A DNA stretch of 64,000 bases from the IMG/VR virus record IMGVR_UViG_3300026521_000463, positions 1-64,000 of that record; one strand, written 5' to 3'. How positions within the stretch are numbered: the first letter of the stretch is position 1; each line of letters starts with the position of its first letter. A program made the translations under genes and the position numbers. Source of the DNA: a virus. A model generated the notes under the pieces. It was not told the DNA's origin, did no database searches, and worked only from the letters and a program-made list of their open reading frames with translations. This document shows, in pieces, positions 28,922-37,991 of this stretch.

Positions 28922-29002
28922 AATTATCCTTTTTATTTTATTTAAACAATTTTTATGAATAATTATAAATCATATCCAAAAAACCTCAAAAATTCTTATA
29001 AA

Positions 29003-29027
29003 TGCTAAGGTCAAAAAAACCTTAGCA
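29003..29027 (-). terminator. putative terminator hairpin
   Basis: TGCTAAGGT-N7-ACCTTAGCA stem at the stop of 29022 ORF; weak U tail. Confidence 0.45.
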
Positions 29028-29573
29028 GTCAAAAAATTCAACAGTTACTTCTGTTTCACTTTTATATAATTCGCCTCTATAATTTTCATATTGAGTTGAA
29101 CTGCTAACATAAGCATTTCCTTCTTTTTTGAAAACTTCACTCTCTTCAACCTTAAATTTGCTATCATCAATAAAAAATGTTTCTTTAACAGTTCTTCTTG
29201 CAATTGTTTTTAAGTTGTCATCTGGACTTTTTAACTCTGTAATTGATTCAAAACTCGTTTCATTTGTTACAGGATGCTCATATCTTTTTGAAGTTTCAAC
29301 ACTTAAATACTCTTTTTCTAAATTGAAAAATTTCTCTTCTGCTAAGTCAAATCTTTCTCTCATACTTGTAAAAGCATCTATTTCAATATCATCTTTTTCA
29401 TTTACTTCTTTTTTAACATCTTCTTCTACTTCTGTAATATCTTGTAAGTTGATATCTACTCCAAATATTCTTGAAAAAACATCACTTAAAACATCTAACC
29501 CTTCAATTTCATTACTTTTCATTATCATTCTCCTTATTTTCTTCATCCAAACTTTCTTTAAAGTCTGCTTCAT
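29022..29573 (-). CDS. acidic hypothetical protein
   Basis: ORF track; real start probably near 29522-29528. Confidence 0.65.
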   Translation of the reverse strand: MKQTLKKVWMKKIRRMIMKSNEIEGLDVLSDVFSRIFGVDINLQDITEVEEDVKKEVNEKDDIEIDAFTSMRERFDLAEEKFFNLEKEYLSVETSKRYEHPVTNETSFESITELKSPDDNLKTIARRTVKETFFIDDSKFKVEESEVFKKEGNAYVSSSTQYENYRGELYKSETEVTVEFFDC

Positions 29574-29844
29574 TATTGATACCTAAAACTACTTCATCAG
29601 GAATCAATACATATTTTTCACTATTAAGGATTATAGGTGTCCCTGCTCCTTTTTGAATAGTGATAATATCATCTTCACAATACTCTAAACCTTTTGCAAC
29701 TCTAATTATCTTAACATTTTCAGTAAATGAGACAGTTTTTGTAGTTGCCAAAATAATACCTGATTCAGATTTAACTTCATCTTCTTTTTCTGCTTCACGA
29801 AGGCAAAGTAACATTTTATTTTTTGGTATAAAATTAGGTTTCAT
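29512..29844 (-). CDS. GroES/gp31-like co-chaperonin
   Basis: P....L...E..SESGIILA mobile loop; KYVLIPDEVVLG. Confidence 0.8.
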   Translation of the reverse strand: MKPNFIPKNKMLLCLREAEKEDEVKSESGIILATTKTVSFTENVKIIRVAKGLEYCEDDIITIQKGAGTPIILNSEKYVLIPDEVVLGINNEADFKESLDEENKENDNEK

Positions 29845-29865
29845 TTATCTCCTTTTTAATTTTTT

Positions 29866-29903
29866 TATTTATAATTATACTATTTTTAGAAAAGAAAATT
29901 AAC
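29866..29903 (-). promoter_or_regulatory. class II promoter (GTTAATT-N17-TATAAT)
   Basis: same -10 as class I, -35 replaced by TTAATT. Confidence 0.65.
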
Positions 29904-29910
29904 TAATCTC

Positions 29911-30894
29911 TTAAAAAATATATTCTATTTCATAAACACTATCATCTTCACCTAATAGTGGTAATTCAAATCCTCTTCCCATATCACTCCAAAGATAAAA
30001 TAAATTTTTATCTCCTCTTTTTTTGTTTCTTTTTTCTAATTCATCTAATCCAATAAGTGAGACATACATTTTTGTATTAAAATTCTTATTGAAAAATTTT
30101 CTTCTGCTTTTTATAGACATATTTGTTCTATCAACCACAAAATCTTTTCTTGCTTTTAGTAATTTCCCTTTTTTAACTTCAAAAAGTTTATCTATCTCTT
30201 TATGGTCTTCTTTAGATAACTTTTTCCAAATCTCATTATAATCCGTTTCATTGAATTTATCTTTTCCGTATTCAAGTAAAATATCATCTCTACTTAACAC
30301 ATGAAGTCCGTTGAGATTTTCTTTTATATAAGTTGATTTACCACAACCTGGTAACCCTATAAATAAATGGATTGTAGGTTTATTAGGGTCTTTTTTAGGC
30401 ATTTCAATCTTTTCTAATTCAACTTTTACATCCCTTCCTTCTTGGTCTTCAAAACATATATTTCCTGCAGTGTCATATTTTCTGAACTCATATAAATTTT
30501 TTAAAAGTTTAAGATTATGTTTAAAGTATTGTCTTATTTGTCTTTCACTTTTTTGCCATAATGCTCCGTGATAATTTATAGTATAAAGGATATCTATATC
30601 CTCAACACTCAAATAACCTTTATCACCCATTAAGTAATCAATTGCTATTAAAGTTGAAAAATGCTCGTGTCCTGTATATAATACTCTTCCATTTTCATTT
30701 ATAAATTTTGAAACAGGTTTTCCTAAGTCGTGTAATAAAGCAACTTTTTTCATAAATTCACTTTTTGCTTGACTAAAAACCATACAAGTATGACTCCAAG
30801 TGTCATCCTCAAGATGATATGTCTCACTTGGCACAATTGTATTTTTTAAAACATTCATATAATCTTTTTTAACTTTTAAAAATAATTCTTTCAT
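29911..30894 (-). CDS. HD-domain + polynucleotide-kinase-like (AAA_33) fusion
   Basis: YHLE, HT, LLHDLGK, GHE; GLPGCGKST, SRDD, DRTN....R. Confidence 0.88.
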   Translation of the reverse strand: MKELFLKVKKDYMNVLKNTIVPSETYHLEDDTWSHTCMVFSQAKSEFMKKVALLHDLGKPVSKFINENGRVLYTGHEHFSTLIAIDYLMGDKGYLSVEDIDILYTINYHGALWQKSERQIRQYFKHNLKLLKNLYEFRKYDTAGNICFEDQEGRDVKVELEKIEMPKKDPNKPTIHLFIGLPGCGKSTYIKENLNGLHVLSRDDILLEYGKDKFNETDYNEIWKKLSKEDHKEIDKLFEVKKGKLLKARKDFVVDRTNMSIKSRRKFFNKNFNTKMYVSLIGLDELEKRNKKRGDKNLFYLWSDMGRGFELPLLGEDDSVYEIEYIF

Positions 30895-30953
30895 GTGGAT
30901 CCTTTTTTGTTTATTTTTTATATTATTATAACTTAAAAATTTTTATTTGTCAA
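30892..30953 (-). promoter_or_regulatory. class I promoter + RBS cassette
   Basis: TTGACA-N17-TATAAT ... AAGGATCCACATG. Confidence 0.85.
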
Positions 30954-31377
30954 GTGAATTAACAATCCATTCACTTGCTTTTATAATACCTTCAATTTCA
31001 GAACTTGCTTCACATTCAAATAAAACATCTGTATCATTTAGAATTTTAGAAGTAGAATATACTAAAAAGTCTTTAATAACATAAACATCAAATTCTGTCA
31101 ATTCTTTATTAAAACAATCTGTTAAAATGTTATAACCATTTCTAAATGCCACCCCTTTACACTTGAAAGCAAATTCAAAAATACTCATCTCTTTATAAAA
31201 ATCTTGCTTAGTATTGTAATAATCTTCTGACAAATGTTTATTAAATTCTGTCTTATGTAATTCATTAGGAGTGCAATGAAACTTACAAATCATTCCACCA
31301 TCATCTTCAATCGTAATATATTCAATAAACTCTTCATTTATGTCCATAATTTTACTAAATAATTTTTTACTAATCAT
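30943..31377 (-). CDS. hypothetical protein
   Basis: cassette ATG. Confidence 0.7.
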   Translation of the reverse strand: MISKKLFSKIMDINEEFIEYITIEDDGGMICKFHCTPNELHKTEFNKHLSEDYYNTKQDFYKEMSIFEFAFKCKGVAFRNGYNILTDCFNKELTEFDVYVIKDFLVYSTSKILNDTDVLFECEASSEIEGIIKASEWIVNSLDK

Positions 31378-31432
31378 GTGAATCCTTTTTGTTTTATATT
31401 ATAATTATAACAAAAATGATGAAAAAAGTCAA
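31375..31432 (-). promoter_or_regulatory. class I promoter + RBS cassette
   Basis: TTGACT-N17-TATAAT ... GGATTCACATG. Confidence 0.9.
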
Positions 31433-31439
31433 TAGTTTT

Positions 31440-32582
31440 TTAGACTTTTTTCAAAATAAAACAAGATTCATATCTCTCAATCGATTGATTAGAATCCCTT
31501 CTCGTTTCAATACTTTTAGGTAAAATCTTTATTTCTCTAATGAACTCAAATTTTTCTTTTGCTATTTCAAGTAAATCTTGACCTATCATTTTACCATCTA
31601 TCTGTCTTGAAATTACAAATGAATATATACCACCTTTATTAAGTGCATTAAATGAATTTTCAACTGTTTTTCTCCAATACTTATCTAACCATTCTTCATA
31701 AGTCGGATAAAGATTTATACTTTGTAAATCCCCGTTATAAGATTCTAAATCAAAATAAGGAGGGCAAAAGAAAACAATATCATAATCATTATCTATAACT
31801 TCATCCATTCTTTCAGATGGAATACAAAATGTTTTAAGTTCTGGCAACTCATCAAACATACTCTCAGGTTTATGTAATTCAATACAATTTTTTAAAACAT
31901 TTTCTTGGACATCTATTATATGATATTTATTGACTTTATCTTTTAAAGGTGATTTGTCAATTGCTATCACAGGAGAACACCAACTTGCTGTGGGAATTAA
32001 AACATTTACTTTTTCCTTATTAACCATTCTATATACTTCATCTAAAAGAGTGTAATAAGTATTAGGTGAAAAAATTGAAGGCAACATTATAACTGTTTTT
32101 AAAGTAGTTGAAAAAGGTTTATATTCTCCTTTAATACTTTTTGAAAAAACAGATGGCATTGTGATAGACCTCATATTTTTACCTGTTTCAAGCGATGCTT
32201 TATATTTATCAAAAATTGTAGGATTATTTTTTGATGAACTTTTTAAAATATCTACGAGATTTATATTTCTTAAAGTGCTAGGTGAATTAGGTTTAATAGT
32301 TACCATATCATCTTTAATTTCAAGTTTTTCAATAGGTTTAAATTCTTTATAAGTAAAATAAGTATTATAAAATTTTCTTAAAGTTTCTTTATCATTTAAA
32401 AAATTGTAAAACCATTCATAAAAAGCATTCAAATCATTTTTAAAATATACCTTTCTGACATCATTGTCATCTAATCTTTCCCATAATTTTGCTAAATTTG
32501 GAGTTTTTTTGAAGTCGTCAAGTGATAAAGGAGTGATATCCTTAAAAAGAATATCTATAAAATCATCAAATGAATGAATCAT
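31440..32582 (-). CDS. amino-type DNA methyltransferase-like protein
   Basis: FFCPPYFDLESY..Q S...Y..Y..W; degenerate motif I LIPTASW. Confidence 0.75.
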   Translation of the reverse strand: MIHSFDDFIDILFKDITPLSLDDFKKTPNLAKLWERLDDNDVRKVYFKNDLNAFYEWFYNFLNDKETLRKFYNTYFTYKEFKPIEKLEIKDDMVTIKPNSPSTLRNINLVDILKSSSKNNPTIFDKYKASLETGKNMRSITMPSVFSKSIKGEYKPFSTTLKTVIMLPSIFSPNTYYTLLDEVYRMVNKEKVNVLIPTASWCSPVIAIDKSPLKDKVNKYHIIDVQENVLKNCIELHKPESMFDELPELKTFCIPSERMDEVIDNDYDIVFFCPPYFDLESYNGDLQSINLYPTYEEWLDKYWRKTVENSFNALNKGGIYSFVISRQIDGKMIGQDLLEIAKEKFEFIREIKILPKSIETRRDSNQSIERYESCFILKKV

Positions 32583-32890
32583 TTTTCTACCTTTATGTTT
32601 TTGTAGTTATTTGCTTTTAAATATATTTCCATTTTTTGAGGATAATGTTTTTGTAATTCATACATCATAAAATCTTTTTGAGGTGTAAATAATATAAATA
32701 CACCACCTATAAATAATGCTATAAAAAGTTTTTTTCTTGCTTTAAATGCTTCTTTCAAATCTCCATTTTGATAAAAAATATAATCATATAATTCAAAAAT
32801 GATAAATCCTCCAACTAAAAAAACAGCAAAGAAAACGACCACAACTGAAATATCTAAAACACCAGCAAACCATAATAAAAATTCAAACAT
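32579..32890 (-). CDS. membrane protein
   Basis: two TM segments. Confidence 0.65.
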   Translation of the reverse strand: MFEFLLWFAGVLDISVVVVFFAVFLVGGFIIFELYDYIFYQNGDLKEAFKARKKLFIALFIGGVFILFTPQKDFMMYELQKHYPQKMEIYLKANNYKNIKVEK

Positions 32891-33211
32891 TTATTCTCCT
32901 TTTAATCTTTCAATAATAGCATCGTATCTTTGCAGATTATCACTTTTACCAATTTTTGCTGTCCTTCTTAAACATTTTACAAAAATAATCATATATTTTG
33001 TATCTAACTTTCCTTTAATCTCTAAGTCATTATCAAAAATTTTTTCAACTCTGTTTTTGAATGTTTTAAAAGTTGAACCTTCAAAATATACAGGATAGGA
33101 TTTATAAAACATTTCCAAAACTTTATCAAAACCACCTAATGTTTGTGATAACATACCTTTAACCATAAACAAGAAATTTTCTTGTCCTTCTGTTAAATTA
33201 TTTCTTTTCAT
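32891..33211 (-). CDS. hypothetical protein
   Basis: ORF with RBS. Confidence 0.65.
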   Translation of the reverse strand: MKRNNLTEGQENFLFMVKGMLSQTLGGFDKVLEMFYKSYPVYFEGSTFKTFKNRVEKIFDNDLEIKGKLDTKYMIIFVKCLRRTAKIGKSDNLQRYDAIIERLKGE

Positions 33212-33621
33212 TTTTGTTCCTTTAAATTCGCAAAAATATCTTTAAGCATTGAACTTGCTTTTTTCATATCAATATCTTGTCTTCCTTTTAACTCTTTCAT
33301 ACACTCTCCAAAATTTTTACCACTTGAAACCAAATCGTGCAGAATAGTCGTCAATTCGGCATCTGATAATTGTTTAGGTAAAATATCATCTGCTAATTTC
33401 TTTAGAAAATTTAATTCATTTTCAGCATCTACCCCATTTTTGATTGAGTCTTCAACTTGTTTGATAGACTTTTTTAATCCGTCAATAATAAATAAATCTG
33501 GATTTGGGTCCTTTGGGTTTTTATCTTTTGCTAATTTTTCTATCGTGTCAATTAACATCATAATATAATTTTTATTTTCTTTATCTTTCATTCTCATAAT
33601 TTTTAATTCTTTAAAAGTCAT
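33208..33621 (-). CDS. GatB/YqeY-domain protein
   Basis: KKSIKQ...E...L...LPKQLS..EL...FGECMKELKG. Confidence 0.8.
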   Translation of the reverse strand: MTFKELKIMRMKDKENKNYIMMLIDTIEKLAKDKNPKDPNPDLFIIDGLKKSIKQVEDSIKNGVDAENELNFLKKLADDILPKQLSDAELTTILHDLVSSGKNFGECMKELKGRQDIDMKKASSMLKDIFANLKEQK

Positions 33622-33634
33622 TTTCTTCTCCTTT

Positions 33635-33883
33635 TTAATATGGGTGAATTTTATTTAAAACTTCTTGAAGTTCTTCAACCATTTTATTAACTTTTGATTT
33701 CACTTGATATTCATCTTCAAATTCTTGAGCATCAAATAAATTGTGATTATACATTTTTACATCAATAGTTTTATATTTAATCTCATTTAATAAGTTACCA
33801 ACTGCCACACCTATCAAAAACAATTCTTGATGATTTAATTTCAACTTGATATTATTCATCTCATCTTTAACTTTTATTTTCAT
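33635..33883 (-). CDS. hypothetical protein
   Basis: ORF with AGGAG RBS. Confidence 0.6.
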   Translation of the reverse strand: MKIKVKDEMNNIKLKLNHQELFLIGVAVGNLLNEIKYKTIDVKMYNHNLFDAQEFEDEYQVKSKVNKMVEELQEVLNKIHPY

Positions 33884-33929
33884 CTCTTCTCCTTTGTCAA
33901 TTTCATTTTACATCTAACGATTTTCATAC

Positions 33930-33957
33930 CATAATGTAAAGCAGAATTTACATTATG
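33930..33957. repeat. perfect 11-6-11 inverted repeat
   Basis: CATAATGTAAA-GCAGAA-TTTACATTATG. Confidence 0.85.
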
Positions 33958-34027
33958 AAGTATGCCATATAAGAAGTATTATATTCAATACAATTAAAAG
34001 GAATAAAAAAGTATTCATTTTCTTCCT

Positions 34028-35380
34028 TTAATTTAATTCTTTAGCACTTTCTTCAATTTCAAAACATTCATTTAAAGTATTTGAAGTGTCTTTATCTTCT
34101 CTAACTTCCACAAATCTCGGATGTAAAACACTAAATGTTCCATTTGAATTTTCGCTTATTCCAGAACATTTAATAGTAACAATTTTTCCGATTAAATTAT
34201 CTCTATTTTCTGTTAAATAGTCCATAATTGCTTCAGGAATGCCACCAGCAGTTGTTTTTAATTTTCCGTCTGCCGTTTCACATACAACTCTATTAACAAA
34301 ATTTTCATATTTTGTTCCTGCATTTCCGTTTAGTAAATCTGTAATAACAAGGTCTAATTCAATTTCTAACTTGAATTTCATTTGACTATTAGGTTTCCCA
34401 TCTTCCCAAATACTATCTGTATCTTTTAAGATTATACCTTCTTCGCCATTATCTTTTGCTTCTAAATAACTATTCATAATTTCTTCATAAGTTGAAACTT
34501 CTTTATATTCAACTAATCCAATTTTAGAGTTGTTCTTGTGAAATTCAATTAAATCTTTTCTTCTTTCATATAAAGGTTTTTCATATCTACCTTCTTGCCA
34601 TTTGTCAAGTGGTATAATATCCCAAGCAACCATATGAATTTTGTTAAGTGCTTCATTAGGTGTAATACCATAATTTTTTATAAAGTTTTCTACATCTTTT
34701 TGTTTTGAACCTTTTTCAATAAGTTGCTTTAATGAATTTACTAACCCATTGGCAATATATCTGTTAAAACCTTCAACTAAAATCTCACCTGTTACCACAA
34801 GATTTTTTGCTTCAATACCCTCGAATGCTTTTTCAAGAAATAATTTTTTACCACTTCTCGCAAGAGTTTCAACTCTACCATTCTCATCAAAAATTAAATT
34901 GCAAAATAAACCATCATATTTTATTTCTGAATATAATTTTTTACCTATCATTTTTTGAAGTTTTTTCTTATTGAAACTTATTGCTCCCATATAATTTATT
35001 GTAGGGATTAAATTTTTATAAACTTTATTTATAAGTTTAGTATTTATACCAACCTTCATATCTTTTGCTAAAATTTTATCAAGAACAATAGCATCTCTTT
35101 CATTTAATTTGCTTCTTAAAATAGTTACCATATCAATTGCTGCATTACCTGTAACTTCTCTATTTTTTAGTTGGTCTAAATAGTCAAATACTGCTTCAAG
35201 TTGAAACTCCCCTGAAAATGTTTTTCCTTTTGGATACTTTTTAATGTTAAAAGTATAAAACGGATTGTAAGCATAAAATAATACTTTTCTAAATAATTCA
35301 TTATCATTTTCTTTTAAAATAACTTGTTTTTGATTTGTGCTATTTTCATTTTTTAATTTTTCTAAAATTGATAATATCAT
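34028..35380 (-). CDS. 30: ATP-dependent DNA ligase (T4 gp30-like)
   Basis: SEIKYDG (motif I), TGEIL, WDII, EEGIILK, KFK, HPRF..VR.DK. Confidence 0.95.
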   Translation of the reverse strand: MILSILEKLKNENSTNQKQVILKENDNELFRKVLFYAYNPFYTFNIKKYPKGKTFSGEFQLEAVFDYLDQLKNREVTGNAAIDMVTILRSKLNERDAIVLDKILAKDMKVGINTKLINKVYKNLIPTINYMGAISFNKKKLQKMIGKKLYSEIKYDGLFCNLIFDENGRVETLARSGKKLFLEKAFEGIEAKNLVVTGEILVEGFNRYIANGLVNSLKQLIEKGSKQKDVENFIKNYGITPNEALNKIHMVAWDIIPLDKWQEGRYEKPLYERRKDLIEFHKNNSKIGLVEYKEVSTYEEIMNSYLEAKDNGEEGIILKDTDSIWEDGKPNSQMKFKLEIELDLVITDLLNGNAGTKYENFVNRVVCETADGKLKTTAGGIPEAIMDYLTENRDNLIGKIVTIKCSGISENSNGTFSVLHPRFVEVREDKDTSNTLNECFEIEESAKELN

Positions 35381-35514
35381 TTTAACTCCTCTAAAATTTT
35401 TTTAAGTCTTTTTCTTTCCATATAAATATACACTTGCTCATTAAAATTTGTAGTAGTGTTTAAATCTACTTTTAACTTTTTCAGCATCAATCTAATTTTT
35501 TGTTTTTCCGTCAT
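35377..35514 (-). CDS. small hypothetical protein (45 aa)
   Basis: MTEKQKIRLMLKKLK...; cassette ATG; stop overlaps ligase ATG. Confidence 0.65.
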   Translation of the reverse strand: MTEKQKIRLMLKKLKVDLNTTTNFNEQVYIYMERKRLKKILEELK

Positions 35515-35574
35515 GCGAATCCTTTTTATTTCTTTTTACATTATAATTATAACATATAAAAAATAAAAAGTCAA
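35512..35574 (-). promoter_or_regulatory. class I promoter + RBS cassette
   Basis: TTGACT-N17-TATAAT ... GGATTCGCATG. Confidence 0.88.
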
Positions 35575-35592
35575 GTAAATTTTAACTTTTTG

Positions 35593-35793
35593 TTAAAAAT
35601 TTACCTGAATGAATTTATAGTCATATCCTGAATTATCTTTTTTATTGACACTATAAATCTTTTCTTCATCGTCGTCAATAATTTCAAAATCATAACCTTT
35701 TTGATATAACTCTTTAGCAGTTTCAATAGCATCTTCTAAAATATCAAATTCTTCCTTGAATTGTGCTATATCATTTCTATATATTAAAATCAA
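35593..35793 (-). CDS. hypothetical protein
   Basis: TTG start with AGGAGG RBS. Confidence 0.55.
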   Translation of the reverse strand: MILIYRNDIAQFKEEFDILEDAIETAKELYQKGYDFEIIDDDEEKIYSVNKKDNSGYDYKFIQVNF

Positions 35794-35794
35794 T

Positions 35795-36319
35795 TTATCC
35801 TCCTATAAAATTTTCTAATAATTGAATGACTTCTTCTTCATTATCGCAAATATAATAATTGTCTAATTCATTCATTATTTTTTCTCTAATCAAATCATCT
35901 AATTTTTTTGCTTCTTCTTCATTTTGAAGTCTTCCGTGTGGATTAAATTCACAATTTCTTCTTAAAAAAATATCAACTGTCATAAAATCATCGTGTTTAT
36001 GAAGTAAATAATCTTTAAGTTTTTCGTCATTTGTATAAACACTTCCTAACAAAAATGGACTATCAGTAATTATGATATATTCATCTTCTTTAAAACCTTT
36101 ATCTTTATAATACTTATCAACTCTCCAAATTCTATGATATTGACTTGCTGATATAAAAAATTGGTCTTGTAGTTTTTTGAGTGATTCCTCATAAACTAAA
36201 TCTTTGGCATATTCAGTTACCAATTCAATCTGTTTATTAAGTTTTTTGAAGTGATTAAACACTCCTGCTGCCGTAGTTGATTTTCTACAACCAGGTCCTC
36301 CATATAAATTTACTATCAT
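35795..36319 (-). CDS. NadR/Ttd14-type P-loop ATPase/kinase (AAA_28)
   Basis: NLYGGPGCRKST, EYAK, ITDSP, GRLQ. Confidence 0.8.
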   Translation of the reverse strand: MIVNLYGGPGCRKSTTAAGVFNHFKKLNKQIELVTEYAKDLVYEESLKKLQDQFFISASQYHRIWRVDKYYKDKGFKEDEYIIITDSPFLLGSVYTNDEKLKDYLLHKHDDFMTVDIFLRRNCEFNPHGRLQNEEEAKKLDDLIREKIMNELDNYYICDNEEEVIQLLENFIGG

Positions 36320-36338
36320 TTTTATTCCTTTGATGATT

Positions 36339-36749
36339 TTATTTTATCAATTCAACTAAACAATTCTTTCCATATTTTTGAATTGTTTCCTTTACAGATT
36401 TAACATTTATTTCATTTTTAAGATTTTTAAACCTTGTAGGTTTATCAATTGATTCTAATTCTAATCTTGCTGCTTTTTTGATATTATGTGGCAATTCAAC
36501 TTCAACATAAAATGAACCTTTGACTCTTAAAGTAAAATTCATTTCAGTTAAGTAATTAGGTAACACTTTTTCAACTTGTAAATTTGGATAAACTTGTTTT
36601 AGTGAAGCAACATAATTTTCCTTAACTTTTTTAAGAGCAATATCAATCCTGCTTTGGAAATTAGAAATTGTATTGTCAAGCATTTGTAAAAAATCTTTTG
36701 AATCTATTTTTTTTGATTCATCAAGATTGTAGGTCATTTTTAATTTCAT
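36339..36749 (-). CDS. hypothetical protein
   Basis: ORF with RBS. Confidence 0.65.
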   Translation of the reverse strand: MKLKMTYNLDESKKIDSKDFLQMLDNTISNFQSRIDIALKKVKENYVASLKQVYPNLQVEKVLPNYLTEMNFTLRVKGSFYVEVELPHNIKKAARLELESIDKPTRFKNLKNEINVKSVKETIQKYGKNCLVELIK

Positions 36750-36758
36750 AATTGTTCC

Positions 36759-36911
36759 TTATTCTTTTTTCTCAAATCGGGGTTGAAATGAAGTTAAGAA
36801 ATTTTCAATATTCTTAACTCCTTCTTTAACATCTTTCAATTCATAAGCAACTTTTTTAGCAATTTCTTCAACTATTGCTTTTAAAAGTTCCTCATTGTTT
36901 TTATATTCCAT
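36759..36911 (-). CDS. small hypothetical protein (50 aa)
   Basis: hand translation MEYKNNEELLKAIVEE...; TAATG overlap with upstream gene. Confidence 0.5.
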   Translation of the reverse strand: MEYKNNEELLKAIVEEIAKKVAYELKDVKEGVKNIENFLTSFQPRFEKKE

Positions 36912-37108
36912 TAACTATCCACATTTTTTGTAAATTCTGCTTCAATGTTATTAAAAGCAGTATCTCTTTTATCAGTATCATCATAAACTTCCGTAGATGT
37001 TTGCCCGTTTGAGAAAGTGAATTTTATTTTATCGTCATCTAATTTCTCATATTTTGAGATAAGTGTCATCGGATAAAGTTTGTCATTTGTTCTTACATAA
37101 ATTATCAT
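36911..37108 (-). CDS. small beta-rich protein
   Basis: RBS; resembles one repeat unit of 46678..47487. Confidence 0.6.
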   Translation of the reverse strand: MIIYVRTNDKLYPMTLISKYEKLDDDKIKFTFSNGQTSTEVYDDTDKRDTAFNNIEAEFTKNVDS

Positions 37109-37150
37109 TATAATCCTTTTGTTTTTATTTAATTAAGATTCCGACCAAAA

Positions 37151-37681
37151 TTAAAATTTCTGAGGTGTATAGTCGTGTAATTCCACACTAAAATTTATAT
37201 GATTTGGTAAATTGACAATTCTGTTATGTGTGTGCCCGTGGAAAATTAAATCATATTCATTTTCCTTTAATCTAGAAATATAATCATATAAATCTTTTTT
37301 ATATTCTTTTTTTAATTCAAGAGGATAATGAGAAAATAAAATTTTTTTATCCCCAAGTGTCAGAATCATATTATCTAAAACTTTATCAAATCCAATATCT
37401 AAATAAAATTGATTTGATTCTTTATCGTGATTTCCTCTTATAAGAATTTTTTTACCATTTAATCTATCCATAATTGCCTTATAAGCATCTTTTTTTGTTT
37501 TATATCTTTTATCCCAACCAATGGCAAAATCACCTAAATGAACCACAAAATCATCTTTTTTAACAACTTCATTCCATTTTTTTATAATGTATTCATTCAT
37601 TTCATCTGAATTATTAAAAGGTCTATCACAATAATTGATGATATTATTATGATAAAAATGTGTGTCTGAAATTAAAAACAT
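37151..37681 (-). CDS. calcineurin-like metallophosphoesterase
   Basis: SDTH, LGDF, RGNHD, SHYP, HGHTH. Confidence 0.92.
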   Translation of the reverse strand: MFLISDTHFYHNNIINYCDRPFNNSDEMNEYIIKKWNEVVKKDDFVVHLGDFAIGWDKRYKTKKDAYKAIMDRLNGKKILIRGNHDKESNQFYLDIGFDKVLDNMILTLGDKKILFSHYPLELKKEYKKDLYDYISRLKENEYDLIFHGHTHNRIVNLPNHINFSVELHDYTPQKF

Positions 37682-37938
37682 TACATACCTTTTATAATTT
37701 TGTGGTGTGTCCCATCAGTCATAGCATTATCAATGATAAACTTAACAACATCAAGAGCAGTATCAAATTCTTTATCAGGTGTATGGTAATTCCAAGTAGT
37801 GTGATTTGAATATCTGAATTTAACAATATATCTACCTTTTTGATTTCTTAAATCATTTTTTCTTGAAATTTTGATATAACATCTTAGACCATCTGGTGTG
37901 ATAAATTCAGTATATCCTTTTTTACAATTTTCAATCAT
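37681..37938 (-). CDS. hypothetical protein
   Basis: AGGAG RBS, class II promoter. Confidence 0.65.
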   Translation of the reverse strand: MIENCKKGYTEFITPDGLRCYIKISRKNDLRNQKGRYIVKFRYSNHTTWNYHTPDKEFDTALDVVKFIIDNAMTDGTHHKIIKGM

Positions 37939-37959
37939 TCTTTTCTCCTTATTTTTTTA

Positions 37960-37991
37960 TAATTATAATTTATTTTTAATAAAAAATTAAC
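37960..37991 (-). promoter_or_regulatory. class II promoter
   Basis: GTTAATT-N17-TATAATTATA. Confidence 0.65.

Noticed and set aside
33953-34018. 21-aa hydrophobic ORF or frameshifted gene after ligase
   Set aside because: Too short to support, and the alternative frame has an upstream stop.
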